Origin: an uncultured Gammaproteobacteria bacterium
GTDB lineage: Bacteria > Pseudomonadota > Gammaproteobacteria > JAURND01
Direction: 5' to 3'
Length of the DNA: 64,000 nucleotides
Assembly: GCA_963777715.1 (NCBI GenBank)
Contig: CAVZRN010000008.1
Location: forward strand, 56,928 to 120,927
Of the stretch, positions 11,732 to 22,797 are shown in pieces; position 1 is the stretch's first letter, and each line of letters opens with the position of its first letter. The notes beneath the pieces are model-generated. The model saw only the letters and a list, made by a program, of their open reading frames with translations. It was not told the DNA's origin and did not search any database. The translations under genes were made by a program, and so were the position numbers.

Positions 11732-13660
11732 TCACCGGGTTAGTTCCAGCAGCAAGCCATTTAATCGCTTAACAAAGGTCGCCGGATCTTCCAACGGCGT
11801 ACCTTGCGCCAATTGCGCTTGCTCAAACAAAATCCATACCCATTCGGCAAAACGCGCTTCATCGGTTTCATCCTTGGTTTTTATAATCAACGGATGCTCT
11901 GGATTAATTTCCATAATCGGTTTACTCATCGGGATTGCCTGACCCGCCGCCTTTAACATGTTCTGCAAATGAATGCTCATATCATTTTCACCAGTGACCA
12001 GGCAGGCTGGGGAATCGGTTAAACGATCCGTCAAACGCACGTCGGCTACCTTATCACCCAGTACGGATTTAATATGAGTTAGTATGCCAGCAAATTCATC
12101 ATCTGATGTTTTGGTTTTATCCTTATCTTTTTTCTTCTTACCCGACTTTTCTTTTAATCCTTCCAAATCTAAATCACCCTTGGCTACAGATTGTAACGGC
12201 TTGCCTTCAAACTCGGTTAAATGGCTCACCAACCATTCATCAACACGATCAGACAATAGCAATACTTCAATACCCTTCTTGCGGAATATTTCTAAGTGCG
12301 GACTATTTTTCGCCGCATTAAACGTATCAGCCGTTATATAGTAGATTTTCTTCTGCCCTGAAGGCATACGCTTGATGTAATCCTGCAGGAACACGTTCTG
12401 TTCTGCTGTGTCGGTATGCGTCGATGCAAAACACAGTAATTGCGCAATCCGTTCACGATTGGCAAAATCCTCATACACGCCCTCTTTTAACACGTTACCA
12501 AACGCGTTCCAAAATTTGGCATACTTTTCCTTATCGTTCTTGGATAAATCCTCTAACAAATCCAGAATGCGCTTGACACAACCTGAACGCATACTATCAA
12601 TCACTTGACTACTCTGCAGAATTTCGCGCGAGACATTTAATGGTAAATCATTGGAATCGACCACCCCACGCACAAAGCGCAGGTAACTGGGCAATAACTG
12701 TTCGGCATCGTCCATAATAAATACACGATGTACATATAGCTTCAAACCATAGCGTTGATCCCGATTCCATAAATCCATCGGCGCGCGACTGGGTATATAC
12801 AATAAGCTAGTATATTCTAATTTTCCTTCCACCCGATTGTGTGACCACAATAATGGATTTTCAAAATCATGCGATATGTGTTTATACAGTTCGTTATATT
12901 CTTCGTCCTTGATTTGATTTTTAGGCAACGTCCATAGCGCTGTGGCACGATTAACTACTTCATATTCTGGCGCAGATTTTTCTGTCTGCTCTTTTTCATC
13001 TGCAGACATATTCAATTTTTGCATCTTAATCGGCAGCAGAATGTGATCGGAATACTTGGTGATGATATTCCGCAAACGCCAAGGCTCAGCAAATTCTTCA
13101 TCACCCTTGCGGATGTGTAGAATTACTTCTGTCCCTCGCTGTGAGCGTTCGATATTTTTGATAACATAATCGCCTTCACCGGTCGATTCCCAATACACAC
13201 CTTGCGCAGACGACATACCCGCGCGTCGAGTTTTTACCACTACTTTATCCGCCACCACAAAGGCCGAATAAAATCCTACGCCGAATTGACCGATTAAATG
13301 GGCATCCTTAGCCTGGTCGCCCGTTAATCGATTTAAAAAATCTCGTGTGCCCGATTGCGCAATCGTACCTAAATTAGCAATGACTTCATCACGACTCATA
13401 CCGATACCATTATCGGTGACAGTGATAGTATTCGCCCTGGCATCAACATCGACGCGAATGTAAAGCTCAGGATCCTGCTCGTATAACGCTGCATCCGTCA
13501 GTGCTTCAAAACGTAATTTATCCGCAGCATCGGAGGCATTAGAGATTAATTCACGCAGGAAAATTTCTTTATTGCTATAGAGCGCATGTGTCACCAAGTG
13601 TAATAATTGCTTTACTTGCGCTTGAAAACTTAAGGTTTCTTGTTGTTCTTGCACAGCCAT
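11732..13660 (-). CDS. htpG: Chaperone HtpG (Hsp90).
   Basis: 642 aa, highly similar to E. coli HtpG from the N-terminus ([27 protein letters not shown]) onward. Confidence 0.95.
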   Translation of the reverse strand: MAVQEQQETLSFQAQVKQLLHLVTHALYSNKEIFLRELISNASDAADKLRFEALTDAALYEQDPELYIRVDVDARANTITVTDNGIGMSRDEVIANLGTIAQSGTRDFLNRLTGDQAKDAHLIGQFGVGFYSAFVVADKVVVKTRRAGMSSAQGVYWESTGEGDYVIKNIERSQRGTEVILHIRKGDEEFAEPWRLRNIITKYSDHILLPIKMQKLNMSADEKEQTEKSAPEYEVVNRATALWTLPKNQIKDEEYNELYKHISHDFENPLLWSHNRVEGKLEYTSLLYIPSRAPMDLWNRDQRYGLKLYVHRVFIMDDAEQLLPSYLRFVRGVVDSNDLPLNVSREILQSSQVIDSMRSGCVKRILDLLEDLSKNDKEKYAKFWNAFGNVLKEGVYEDFANRERIAQLLCFASTHTDTAEQNVFLQDYIKRMPSGQKKIYYITADTFNAAKNSPHLEIFRKKGIEVLLLSDRVDEWLVSHLTEFEGKPLQSVAKGDLDLEGLKEKSGKKKKDKDKTKTSDDEFAGILTHIKSVLGDKVADVRLTDRLTDSPACLVTGENDMSIHLQNMLKAAGQAIPMSKPIMEINPEHPLIIKTKDETDEARFAEWVWILFEQAQLAQGTPLEDPATFVKRLNGLLLELTR

Positions 13661-13726
13661 GATCGGTCTCCTAAACTGGATTTGGTGATATTAAAATAGG
13701 GGCTAAAATGGAAATTTCAAGTCAAC

Positions 13727-14702
13727 TTATCCACCACGCGACTCGCTCATCACAATCGAATGCAATTTTCTAATTGCTTCAATTTGAATCTGCCGCACAC
13801 GCTCACGGGTTAACCCGACTGCCCTGCCCACTTCTTCCAAACCCTCTTTATCATAGCCATATAGCCCAAAACGACGTGCTAAAATCTCCTGCTGGCGTGG
13901 TTTAAGCTGGTGAAACCAGATATCCAAATGTTGTTCCATATCCGATATTTCCAGCAGCATCTCAGGATCAATATTCGACTCATCTGCTAAGTTATCGATC
14001 AATGATTTTTCCGTATCCTTCGCCACGGGCACATCCAACGATGTCGCATCCTTACTTAACTCCAACATTTCACGGATTTCTTCCAGCGGCTTATCAACTT
14101 CGCGCGCAATCTCTTCACAGGTAGGCTCATGATCCAGCACTTGCGCCAAATGTCGCGCCGCACGCATGTAAGTGTTTAATTCCTTAATTTTATGAATCGG
14201 CAGACGAATCATACGTTTTTGATTCATGATGGCGCGCTCGATGGCTTGACGGATCCACCAGGTTGCGTAAGTCGAAAAGCGAAAACCCATCTCTGGGTCG
14301 AATTTATCAACTGCATGCATCAAGCCAAGATTACCCTCTTCAATCAAATCTAAGAACTGCATGCCCCTACCCAAATAATGCTTCGCTATTTTCACCACCA
14401 GGCGCAGATTACTTTCTATCATCCGCCGTTGCGCTGCTTTATCACCATCGCGCGCCAGAACGACTAATGCGTAGTTCTTCTTCTGCACTTAATAGTGGTA
14501 AAAACCCAATTTCACTTAGATACAGCTGGGTAGCATCATGAAATTCCTCTTGATAAACATCTTGCGGTTCTTCTTCTAACTCTATTTCCTCAGCTTGCAC
14601 TTCAGACTCTAATTCAAGCAAGGATGGCTCTGCATCATCAAGTTCTTTTACCATATGGGGTGATGTTTTTTCTTTAATAATGGTTGTTTTCTTCCTTGAC
14701 AT
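13727..14702 (-). CDS. rpoS: RNA polymerase sigma factor RpoS (sigma-38), broken by a single-nucleotide indel near 14470-14480.
   Basis: An 86-aa N-terminal ORF (…[21 protein letters not shown]) and a 253-aa C-terminal ORF ([12 protein letters not shown]… through region 4) together match RpoS. Removing one nt restores [15 protein letters not shown] with the same spacing as E. coli. Confidence 0.8.
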
Positions 14703-14713
14703 ATTTTTAGTCC

Positions 14714-16057
14714 TTATGTAGTAATCAATTTCTGTGATGGCGGATGCTGCGCAAAGTACCCTATCACTCCTTGCACAATAGCCATGGCTAATTGTTGCTG
14801 ATAGGATGGATCGCGCAGCTTTTGTTCCTGGTTAGGGTTAGAAATGTATCCGGTTTCCACTAACAAGGATGGTATGTCGGGTGATTTTAACACTACGAAC
14901 GCCGCTTGCTCTACTCGCACATAATGTAATTTGGTTATATTGCTAAGTTTGCGTAAAATCGTCTGCCCCATTTCCAGACTTACAGCAATAGTATGGGTCT
15001 GCGATAAATCCATTAATACCGAGCGCAATATTTGGTCCTTGCCAACCGTTACGCCATAGAGCAATTCCGATTGATTTTCCTTTTCCGCTAATATGCGCGC
15101 GCCTTCACTGGTAGCGCCACGCTCAGATAGGGCAAATACCGACGCCCCAATAGCATCCTGGTTATATGCTGCATCTGCATGAATCGCAATAAACAGATCG
15201 GCGCGGCATTGTCTGGCAATCGCCAGGCGTTGCCGCAAGGGAATAAATACATCTTGCGTTCGCGTTAATACCACATGAAAGCCTGGTTGCTGACTGAATA
15301 ATTGCTGTAATCGCTTAGAAACAGCCAATACCACATCTTTCTCACGCGCACCATTCGGGCCAACCGCACCCGAATCCTTACCACCATGACCTGGATCAAT
15401 AATCACTGTCAATGTCTGTTTAGATGCTGTATTGCCCAACGTCACCCTGGGCGTGGAAGAGGTAGCGGCCCATGCCTTGATCTCATCACCATTTTGATCT
15501 GCCCTTGCTACAGGCGCAGGCGGGGCGGGTGGCTTAACCGGTGTTGGCAATGGGGATTTATTGGGCTCCGGTTTATTAGGCTTAATCAGCTTATTGGATT
15601 GCGGACGAGTGTAGGCGGCGATGGTTGCACCCATTCGCGGTTTTAACTCCACCAGCAATTGATTTTTATGCGCACCAGATGGCGGCGCGGAGGTTATTGT
15701 TACATTAACCGGCGTTTTTAAGGTGAGTTGGATTTGTAACTGCGTTTGGCTTACGGTGCTGGCTCGAGCATTTGCAATTAGCGTATTTAACCACCTGGCT
15801 GCAGGTAAGTTTGTAGCCAACGTCGCTGGCGTCAAGTTAATCACTAATTGCCGCGCCCCGGGCTGTAATTGCCATTGATAGTGATACGCTCCATCGATAT
15901 CAAACGTTAAACGGGTGACGTCGGCTGCCTGTGAAACTTCTACATCTGTAACCTTGGCAACCGCAGCCAACGCCAGGTGGGACCAAGACAGCATTATCGC
16001 TAATAATACGCAACAAAAAAGGTTACGCCAGGTTTTATTGCGCGCAAAATCCTTCAT
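14714..16057 (-). CDS. N-acetylmuramoyl-L-alanine amidase with an N-terminal AMIN domain, a Pro-rich linker and an Amidase_3 domain (AmiB/AmiC type).
   Basis: IIDPGHGGKDSGAVGPNG…IAIHADA motifs. Signal peptide after the Met at 16057. tsaE lies upstream, as in the tsaE-amiB arrangement. Confidence 0.85.
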   Translation of the reverse strand: MKDFARNKTWRNLFCCVLLAIMLSWSHLALAAVAKVTDVEVSQAADVTRLTFDIDGAYHYQWQLQPGARQLVINLTPATLATNLPAARWLNTLIANARASTVSQTQLQIQLTLKTPVNVTITSAPPSGAHKNQLLVELKPRMGATIAAYTRPQSNKLIKPNKPEPNKSPLPTPVKPPAPPAPVARADQNGDEIKAWAATSSTPRVTLGNTASKQTLTVIIDPGHGGKDSGAVGPNGAREKDVVLAVSKRLQQLFSQQPGFHVVLTRTQDVFIPLRQRLAIARQCRADLFIAIHADAAYNQDAIGASVFALSERGATSEGARILAEKENQSELLYGVTVGKDQILRSVLMDLSQTHTIAVSLEMGQTILRKLSNITKLHYVRVEQAAFVVLKSPDIPSLLVETGYISNPNQEQKLRDPSYQQQLAMAIVQGVIGYFAQHPPSQKLITT

Positions 16058-16082
16058 AACCTGGGCGTGAGGAGTATATATC

Positions 16083-16568
16083 TTAATCATGGGCGATTTG
16101 TTCCATGATGGCGGCGCCACGTGATGATTGCGCAGACAATGTGATGGTTCGATCTGCGAATTGCGTTTGATCCACTCGCGCCCCCAAGAGTGGCTGTATA
16201 GACACAACAATATCCGGCATGGGCAACGCCGATTGCGCATGTTCGGGCCACTCCACCACACACAAAGCATCTTCAGTGAAATACTCCTCAAGCCCCATCA
16301 TCATTATATCTTCCGCTGTGTTAATTCGATAAAAATCAAAGTGATGAATCCTATGCTCGCCAATGTCATAGGATTCTACCAAGGTATAAGTAGGACTTTT
16401 CACACGATCACTATACCCCAGTTCACGCATAAATCCTCGCACCAATGTCGTCTTACCTGCACCCAATTCCCCTGACAGGTAAATCCATGCGCCACTACCC
16501 CCACAAGCGCGTGCTAATTTACCACCCAGGGCAAGCATAGCGGACTCATCGGGGATATTTAGCAGCAT
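16083..16568 (-). CDS. tsaE: tRNA threonylcarbamoyladenosine biosynthesis protein TsaE (YjeE).
   Basis: P-loop (GELGAGKTT) and the TsaE pattern. The annotated upstream extension runs into repeat A4, so the start is taken at MLLNIPDE. Confidence 0.85.
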   Translation of the reverse strand: MLLNIPDESAMLALGGKLARACGGSGAWIYLSGELGAGKTTLVRGFMRELGYSDRVKSPTYTLVESYDIGEHRIHHFDFYRINTAEDIMMMGLEEYFTEDALCVVEWPEHAQSALPMPDIVVSIQPLLGARVDQTQFADRTITLSAQSSRGAAIMEQIAHD

Positions 16569-16594
16569 ATCTATAACTTTATAAAAGATAAAAG

Positions 16595-16751
16595 ACTTGA
16601 CGCAGAGACGCAAAGACGCAGAGAAAAAATTAAAAAAAGAAAAAAACTAAAAAAACAAAAATTTAACATAAAAATACAAATAAAACCAAAAAATAAAAAT
16701 ATTTTTTTAAATGTTTTATGTTTTTCTTTGCGTCTTTGCGTCTTTGCGTCA
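16595..16751. repeat. Palindromic element family A, copy 4.
   Basis: CTTGACGCAGAGACGCAAAGACGCAGAG ... CTTTGCGTCTTTGCGTCTTTGCGTCAA. Confidence 0.85.
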
Positions 16752-16763
16752 AATTTTTTTGTT

Positions 16764-17237
16764 TTAAATCTTTGTAATTAGCGCCACGGCATGCGCAGCG
16801 ATGCCTTCTTCCTGACCAATCGGTCCAAGCTTTTCCATCGTCGTGGCCTTTATATTCACCGTATCTGGCGGCATATGCAGGTCTTGGGCAATATTTGCCA
16901 CCATTTGCTTAGTATATGGCGCTAATTTAGGCGTCTCTGCGATGATGGTGACATCAATATTGTGCACTGCATAGTGACGCTCTACCAATAGCACATGCAC
17001 CTGACGCAGAAAAATTCGACTGTCCGCCCCTTGCCATTGCGGATCACGATCCGAGAAATGATTACCTATATCACCTAAGGCCGCCGCACCTAACAAGGCA
17101 TCGCAAACGGCATGTAGCACTACATCGCCGTCGGAATGTCCCAACATACCACGCGAATGAGGGATAGACACACCGCCCAAAATCAGTAGTTTGCCGTCAA
17201 CAAAGCGGTGAATGTCAAAACCATGGCCTATACGCAT
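16764..17237 (-). CDS. ispF: 2-C-methyl-D-erythritol 2,4-cyclodiphosphate synthase.
   Basis: 157 aa with the IspF motifs (GHGFDIHRF, HSDGDV). Confidence 0.9.
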   Translation of the reverse strand: MRIGHGFDIHRFVDGKLLILGGVSIPHSRGMLGHSDGDVVLHAVCDALLGAAALGDIGNHFSDRDPQWQGADSRIFLRQVHVLLVERHYAVHNIDVTIIAETPKLAPYTKQMVANIAQDLHMPPDTVNIKATTMEKLGPIGQEEGIAAHAVALITKI

Positions 17238-17950
17238 CGATTTTCTATAAAAGAAGTCAGGTAATGTTGCGCACGCGCAAGGTCTTCAGGATAGGTGATT
17301 TTAATATTGTCCGCCGCACCTTCCACCATCACCGGTTGCCACCCCAGCAGCTCAATGGCGCTGGATTCATCCAATACGGGCTGATTACCTGCAATAGCTA
17401 ACTGCAATCCCTGCATTAACAGGCCATAACGAAATAGTTGCGGCGTATAGGCTTGCCACATACCGTCACGAGCAACTGTGGTCATGATAACGCCATCTGG
17501 GTCAGCGCGTTTTAATGTATCACGTACACGCACACCCAACAAACCACCAACGGGATGATGTCTTACCTGTGCAATTAAACGATCAATATCCTGGCGAGAC
17601 ACGCAAGGACGCACGGCATCGTGCACCAATACCCAATCGTCTGGCGCTGCCTGTGATTGTAACGCTAATAACCCTTGATACACCGAGTGATGACGCTCAC
17701 GTCCACCCGTTACTGTCGTCAGCTTAGTGGTTACTAAATCGTTTCTTGCTTGCACCCAATAGGAGTCGTTTTCCGCCACCACCACCACCAACTGCTGCAA
17801 CCCTGGGTGCGCCAATAATTTGGCCAGGGTATGTACAATCACTGCCCGACCTTGAATGGGTAAATATTGTTTGGGTATCTCGCTACCAAGGCGTTGACCA
17901 CTACCGGCTGCTGGCACGATTGCCCAAAAATGCGTTATTTGTTTAGACAT
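17228..17950 (-). CDS. ispD: 2-C-methyl-D-erythritol 4-phosphate cytidylyltransferase.
   Basis: AIVPAAGSGQRLG motif. Overlaps ispF by 10 nt, as in a typical operon. Confidence 0.9.
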   Translation of the reverse strand: MSKQITHFWAIVPAAGSGQRLGSEIPKQYLPIQGRAVIVHTLAKLLAHPGLQQLVVVVAENDSYWVQARNDLVTTKLTTVTGGRERHHSVYQGLLALQSQAAPDDWVLVHDAVRPCVSRQDIDRLIAQVRHHPVGGLLGVRVRDTLKRADPDGVIMTTVARDGMWQAYTPQLFRYGLLMQGLQLAIAGNQPVLDESSAIELLGWQPVMVEGAADNIKITYPEDLARAQHYLTSFIENRCV

Positions 17951-17955
17951 AAAAT

Positions 17956-18234
17956 TTATTGAACGATTTGGTAAAACACCTCATCTGACTTCACCAACCC
18001 CAAGTCATTGCGCGCATGTTCCTCAACTGCATCCTGACCATTTTTTAAATTTTCCACTTCTGCCACTACCTTTGTATTACGCGCTTGCAACTGGGTATTT
18101 TCTTTCTCCATGGCAGAAATTTGATTTTTCAAACGCCAATATTGCGGCACGCCGTCGGGCGAAAACCACAATTTGTATTGCAGCAAGCCTAATACTGCCA
18201 GCAGCGCTAAAATAAAAATGGTAGAGGGTTTCAT
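17956..18234 (-). CDS. ftsB: Cell division protein FtsB.
   Basis: 92 aa: N-terminal TM helix plus coiled coil. Conserved position upstream of ispD. Confidence 0.85.
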   Translation of the reverse strand: MKPSTIFILALLAVLGLLQYKLWFSPDGVPQYWRLKNQISAMEKENTQLQARNTKVVAEVENLKNGQDAVEEHARNDLGLVKSDEVFYQIVQ

Positions 18235-18240
18235 AGGTTT

Positions 18241-19914
18241 TTACTTCCCACGCAACTCACGCCGCAAAATTTTACCCACATTAGACTTCGGCAACCCTGG
18301 CACAAATTCAATCTGATGTGGAATTTTATAACGTGTTAAACGTTCTCGACAAAACGCAAGAATACTCTCTACTGTCAATGCCGGGTCTTTTTTAACAACA
18401 AACGCCTTAACCGCTTCACCGCTCACATCATTGGCGACACCAATCACTGCCGCTTCGCGCACGCCAGGGTGGCTAGCCAACACTGCTTCCACCTCATTAG
18501 GATATACTTTAAATCCAGATATGAGAATCATATCTTTTTTACGATCGACAATGTATACAAATCCCTCTGCATCCAGGCGTGCAATATCACCGGTTTTTAA
18601 CCAACCATCCTGGGTAAATGCTTGTCGTGTTTCTGCCTCATTATTCCAATAACCACGCATCACTTGTGGACCCTTAACACACAGCTCGCCTTCTTCCCCC
18701 AATGCAAGAGTTCGATCATCTGTAGCAACGTCACGTATTTCTACATCGGTTGAAGACAGTGGCAAGCCAATACTGCCATTAAAACCTTTAATATTGGTCG
18801 GATTAACCGTCACAATCGGGCTGGCTTCAGTCAACCCATAGCCTTCGAGAATGAAATTACCCGTCGCCTTATGCCAGTTATCAGCAACGACCTGCTGTAG
18901 CGGCATCCCGCCAGTAATCACTAATTTCAGCTTAGAAAAGGATAGTTGCTTGAGTTCTGGATGTTGTAACAACGCATTAAATAACGTATTAATTCCTACT
19001 AATACCGAATAGGGCACACGCGCCAGTTGTTTAATAAACTGTGGAATATCGCGTGGGTTGGTGATCAAGACCGCATGACCACCCAGTTTAAGAAAACAAA
19101 ACGCGCATACCGTCAGCGAAAAAATGTGGTAAAGGGGCAGCGGTACTATAATGATTTCCTCCCCATCCTTTAAGCCGCTGGTTTTTACCCAGATAGTGGC
19201 TTGTTCAATATTCGCCAGTATATTGCCATGGGTTAAGATCGCACCCTTGGCTGTGCCAGTAGTACCCCCAGTGTATTGCAGGTAGGCAACATCTTCTTGC
19301 GTTAGGTCAACCGGTTGTAGGCGCATGTGTTTACCCCGCGCCAAGGCATGTTTAAATGAGATAGCTGCGGGTATATGGTAATTGGGCACCATCTTCTTGA
19401 TATAGCGCGCTACGTTATTAAATACCCAGGATTTGGGGAAGCTAAATAAATCGCCAATTTCCGTCACAATAACCTGCTTCAGCGGCAGACGTTCATAGGC
19501 TTTTTCCACGGTATGTGCAAAATTTGCCAACACAATCAGCGTTTCTACCTTCGCATCGAGCAATTCTTCTACTAGTTCTGGCGCGGTGTAGAGCGGGTTC
19601 ACGTTGACCACCACCAGACCAGCACATAATGCCCCGAACATGGCGACGTAATATTGCAATACATTCGGTAACATGATAGCAAGACGTTCACCCTTCTGCA
19701 GCCCTAATTCCTGCTGCAAATACGCAGCAAATTGCTTACTTAATTGCTCTAATTGCTGATAGGTGAGCGTACTGCCAAAATTGCTCACCGCGGTATGATC
19801 CTTATAACGTTGGCACGTTTGGGTAAAGAAATCGGCCAGTGACGAATAGACCTGTAGATCTATTTCTTCTGGGACGCCAGGGGGATAGTTTTTTAACCAG
19901 ATCTTCTGTGTCAT
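18241..19914 (-). CDS. fadD: Long-chain-fatty-acid--CoA ligase (FadD-like).
   Basis: AMP-binding motifs and a FadD-like N-terminus (MTQKIWLKNYPPGVP). Confidence 0.8.
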   Translation of the reverse strand: MTQKIWLKNYPPGVPEEIDLQVYSSLADFFTQTCQRYKDHTAVSNFGSTLTYQQLEQLSKQFAAYLQQELGLQKGERLAIMLPNVLQYYVAMFGALCAGLVVVNVNPLYTAPELVEELLDAKVETLIVLANFAHTVEKAYERLPLKQVIVTEIGDLFSFPKSWVFNNVARYIKKMVPNYHIPAAISFKHALARGKHMRLQPVDLTQEDVAYLQYTGGTTGTAKGAILTHGNILANIEQATIWVKTSGLKDGEEIIIVPLPLYHIFSLTVCAFCFLKLGGHAVLITNPRDIPQFIKQLARVPYSVLVGINTLFNALLQHPELKQLSFSKLKLVITGGMPLQQVVADNWHKATGNFILEGYGLTEASPIVTVNPTNIKGFNGSIGLPLSSTDVEIRDVATDDRTLALGEEGELCVKGPQVMRGYWNNEAETRQAFTQDGWLKTGDIARLDAEGFVYIVDRKKDMILISGFKVYPNEVEAVLASHPGVREAAVIGVANDVSGEAVKAFVVKKDPALTVESILAFCRERLTRYKIPHQIEFVPGLPKSNVGKILRRELRGK

Positions 19915-19971
19915 ACGGTGGTATCCTTGTGTTACGTACGGAAGTAAGAGAGAATATGTACCTATTGCTAT

Positions 19972-20212
19972 TTGAAGATGCAAAGTTTGGCGCATAACTC
20001 TCCCGCTGTCATTCCCGCCGCTCATAGTTTATTGAAAGCGTTAAGCAAGATAGCGGGAATCCAAAAATCAAGCTCTTTCAATACTAAAAACCCAGCCTAT
20101 CGCTAAGTTAGGTTTTGGTTCCCCGCCTTCTGTTAGCAGCCTCTTGTTAGCTATGAGCGGCGGTGATGACAAGCCAGGGTTGATAGCCAATCTCGAATGC
20201 GATGGATATGTC
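19972..20212 (+). repeat. MITE-like repeat family B, copy 1 (about 240 bp), with internal inverted repeats (…CATTCCCGCCGCTCA / TGAGCGGCGGTGATG…).
   Basis: Near-identical to 45171-45415. Its 5' half is reverse-complementary to 29037-29150. Confidence 0.75.
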
Positions 20213-20271
20213 CCCATCGCCCCCAGTACAAGTATACCAAATAATTTAACATGACCATTACTAGTAAAGAA

Positions 20272-21003
20272 ATGCCATTTTCCAGCCGACAAAACCCTGC
20301 GTTTGAATTAAAAGGTAGTCTGCTTACATTAACAGTACTACATTTATTTAGTTCTAACATTAATGTATTCATGGCACAATTACGTTCTCACGCGCAGAAA
20401 ACGCCTAATTTGTTTAAGAATATGCCCGTGGTCATTGATCTACAACGCGTGGATAGCGTTGATGACATCGATTTTACACTCCTACAACATCATCTGCGCG
20501 AGTATGGGCTGGTTCCCGTGGGCGTACGCCACGGCAATGAAAAACAAAATACCGCCGCTCAAGCCTCTGGTTTAGCTATTTTAACTAACCAACCTACTAA
20601 GGCAAAACCCAAAGTATCAACCGAGAAAATATCCACCCAGAAAGCAGCTCTACAAACATTCACACACACACAAGTTGTAACAAAGCCCGTGCGTTCTGGT
20701 CAACAAATTTACGCCCGTCAAGGGAATTTGGTGGTGCTAGCGCCAGTAAGCCATGGCGCTGAGCTACTGGCAGATGGACATATCCACGTATATAGCAGCT
20801 TACGTGGTCGCGCACTCGCCGGGATTACCGGTGATAAAACGGCACGTATTTTCTGTCCAAAACTGGAGGCTGAGCTGGTTTCAATTGCGGGTTATTACCT
20901 ATTGAGTGAAAACCTGCCCGTCATTAAGGCGCCAATGGTGCAGGTTTATTTAGAAGACGACAAAATTTGCGCCGAGGGGTTATCGGGACAAGACTCACCC
21001 TGA
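20272..21003 (+). CDS. minC: Septum site-determining protein MinC.
   Basis: N-terminal FELKGSLLTLTVLHL and a C-terminal beta-helical domain colinear with E. coli MinC. No minD or minE follows. Confidence 0.8.
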   Translation: MPFSSRQNPAFELKGSLLTLTVLHLFSSNINVFMAQLRSHAQKTPNLFKNMPVVIDLQRVDSVDDIDFTLLQHHLREYGLVPVGVRHGNEKQNTAAQASGLAILTNQPTKAKPKVSTEKISTQKAALQTFTHTQVVTKPVRSGQQIYARQGNLVVLAPVSHGAELLADGHIHVYSSLRGRALAGITGDKTARIFCPKLEAELVSIAGYYLLSENLPVIKAPMVQVYLEDDKICAEGLSGQDSP

Positions 21004-21584
21004 TATTCCACCGCCTTGCTTAATGCTTGTAGAAACGCGGCAAACTCCCTATCTTCTATGGCTCTTAAGCGTGCCACTGTTAATTCAAAATTGGGCAGTG
21101 TATGCATGATCTTTGCCAAATGAGTGAGATTAGATTGCTGGTCGGGAATAATATCGTCAAACACCTTGGGCTTACCCACCTCCTGCAATACTTCATCAAA
21201 TAATGAGTACACCAAAATACCACGCGTTTCGATGACCACGCTGGTATATACGTAGGCACGCCATGCATCGGCCTGATCTCCCAATTCTAACTGTATGGCA
21301 TGATCAACCATTTGGAAATAGCGATAGGCTTCCAAACCACACAATAACCCACCCAGCACATAATTGTCACACATATTGCCCGCGTATTTCTTAGCAGCGC
21401 ATTTTATAACCAAGGCATGGTGAATTTCTTTAGCGACATGACTCAGCAACTGTTCATTGATCTGTTCCTGCTCCTGACTCTTGATAATCTTCCGAGCGCC
21501 AACGTATTCAAGCATACTGAGTGTGTTTAGAAACCGTCCATAGGTCTCTGACGTTGCCACAATCTTCTTGAGTAAATTTTTCAT
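20946..21584 (-). CDS. Hypothetical helical protein (212 aa) with several E/H-rich helices. No confident family call.
   Basis: ORF only. Its last 58 nt overlap the convergent minC. Confidence 0.3.
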   Translation of the reverse strand: MKNLLKKIVATSETYGRFLNTLSMLEYVGARKIIKSQEQEQINEQLLSHVAKEIHHALVIKCAAKKYAGNMCDNYVLGGLLCGLEAYRYFQMVDHAIQLELGDQADAWRAYVYTSVVIETRGILVYSLFDEVLQEVGKPKVFDDIIPDQQSNLTHLAKIMHTLPNFELTVARLRAIEDREFAAFLQALSKAVEYQGESCPDNPSAQILSSSK

Positions 21585-21660
21585 TAGCGTCCCTCAGTTA
21601 AAAATTTTCTAAAAAATAAATGCCATCCAAACAACGGGCGGTTCGCGAACCACCCCTACA

Positions 21661-21900
21661 TTATTCAATATCTGCATCAGACAATATCATACCCTGTTGC
21701 ATTAGCAGGGTTAACTTATTTTGTACTCCCACCAAATAAAAATACACTGTTTTTGGGTTCAGCTGCAAATATTCGCTGATCTGTAATAACGTCTTGCTCC
21801 GAATTGCCATCGTTATGCACTGAATCTCACGTTGCGTAAAGTTCATACCAATCTGCGCTTTTAGTGAATTGATTGCTTTTGGTGCAATGAGGTCGGCCAT
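21661..21900 (-). CDS. Small LuxR/GerE-type HTH transcriptional regulator (DNA-binding domain only).
   Basis: FTQREIQCITMAIRSKTLLQISEYLQLNPKTVYFYL matches the LuxR-family HTH. Start placed at the internal Met, which has a GGAG about 9 nt upstream. Confidence 0.6.
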   Translation of the reverse strand: MADLIAPKAINSLKAQIGMNFTQREIQCITMAIRSKTLLQISEYLQLNPKTVYFYLVGVQNKLTLLMQQGMILSDADIE

Positions 21901-22088
21901 AATTATTTGCTCCGTTATGATTGTTTTATTGATATTTTTTGCTAATCCGTCGCCTAAAAAACTAAAATATAGTCCACTTTTTGGTAAAATATACTCCAAT
22001 AAAGATCATTGTCAACGTTTTTGATCTGAAATTGATAATCTCAATAAAAAATGCTAATCTTTAGCACAATTACAGATAGGCCAATCAC

Positions 22089-22793
22089 ATGAACACCAAG
22101 AAAAAATACACTAAAAAAGTTATTGTCATCGATCCCCAATCTTCTGCTGAAGCACGTGCTGATCGTTTACGTCGTGTCCGCAATATGGCGAATTTGACGC
22201 GCGAAGCTATGTGTGATTCCGGAAATCTTAACGTCAATACGTATAAGGGCTGGGAAATCGCGCGTTATGGCGGCTTACCGGTGGACGGTGCGGAACGTGT
22301 GGTAATGCGCGTGGCGCAACAGGGCGTCGTTTGTACGGTTGACTGGTTATTACATGAAATCGGCGTTGGGCCTTATGTGATTCCTGATTATCAAGAAGCG
22401 CAACGTGACAAAGAACATGCGACCAACAATGTGCAGCTTGATAACGAAACACAGTTGGTGATCAATGAATTATTACTGTTCAGAAAACAATTTCCCTTTA
22501 CCACCAGTTATGAAATAGCTGACGACGGCATGAGTCCCTGGTACCAGCCAGGCGACTTCGTCGCCGGTGTTAAATACCACGGCGATCGCATGAAAGAAGC
22601 CATTGGTCGGCCATGTATTGTGCAAACACATGATGGTCAATTGATGGTGCGAACCATTAAGAGCGGAGAAAAAGCCGGGACCCACATGTTAACGTGCACC
22701 AACCTGGACACTTCGGTGAAAAAACCCGTATTATATGATGTCGTGCTAGCCAGCGCCGCGCCCATTATCCGCCACTATCGAAAAATCTCATAA
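22089..22793 (+). CDS. LexA/CI-like regulator: N-terminal XRE-type HTH plus a C-terminal S24-peptidase-like domain that may be degenerate.
   Basis: HTH (LRRVRNMANLTREAMC) and a C-terminal DGMSP…GDFVAG…K region resembling the S24 fold. Immediately upstream of pfs, with 4 nt between them. Confidence 0.55.
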   Translation: MNTKKKYTKKVIVIDPQSSAEARADRLRRVRNMANLTREAMCDSGNLNVNTYKGWEIARYGGLPVDGAERVVMRVAQQGVVCTVDWLLHEIGVGPYVIPDYQEAQRDKEHATNNVQLDNETQLVINELLLFRKQFPFTTSYEIADDGMSPWYQPGDFVAGVKYHGDRMKEAIGRPCIVQTHDGQLMVRTIKSGEKAGTHMLTCTNLDTSVKKPVLYDVVLASAAPIIRHYRKIS

Positions 22794-22797
22794 TACT

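Noticed and set aside
20068-20372. Small ORFs 20068-20292 and 20151-20372 between fadD and minC.
   Set aside because: They fall inside MITE family B copy 1. The homologous sequence at the other copies is non-coding.
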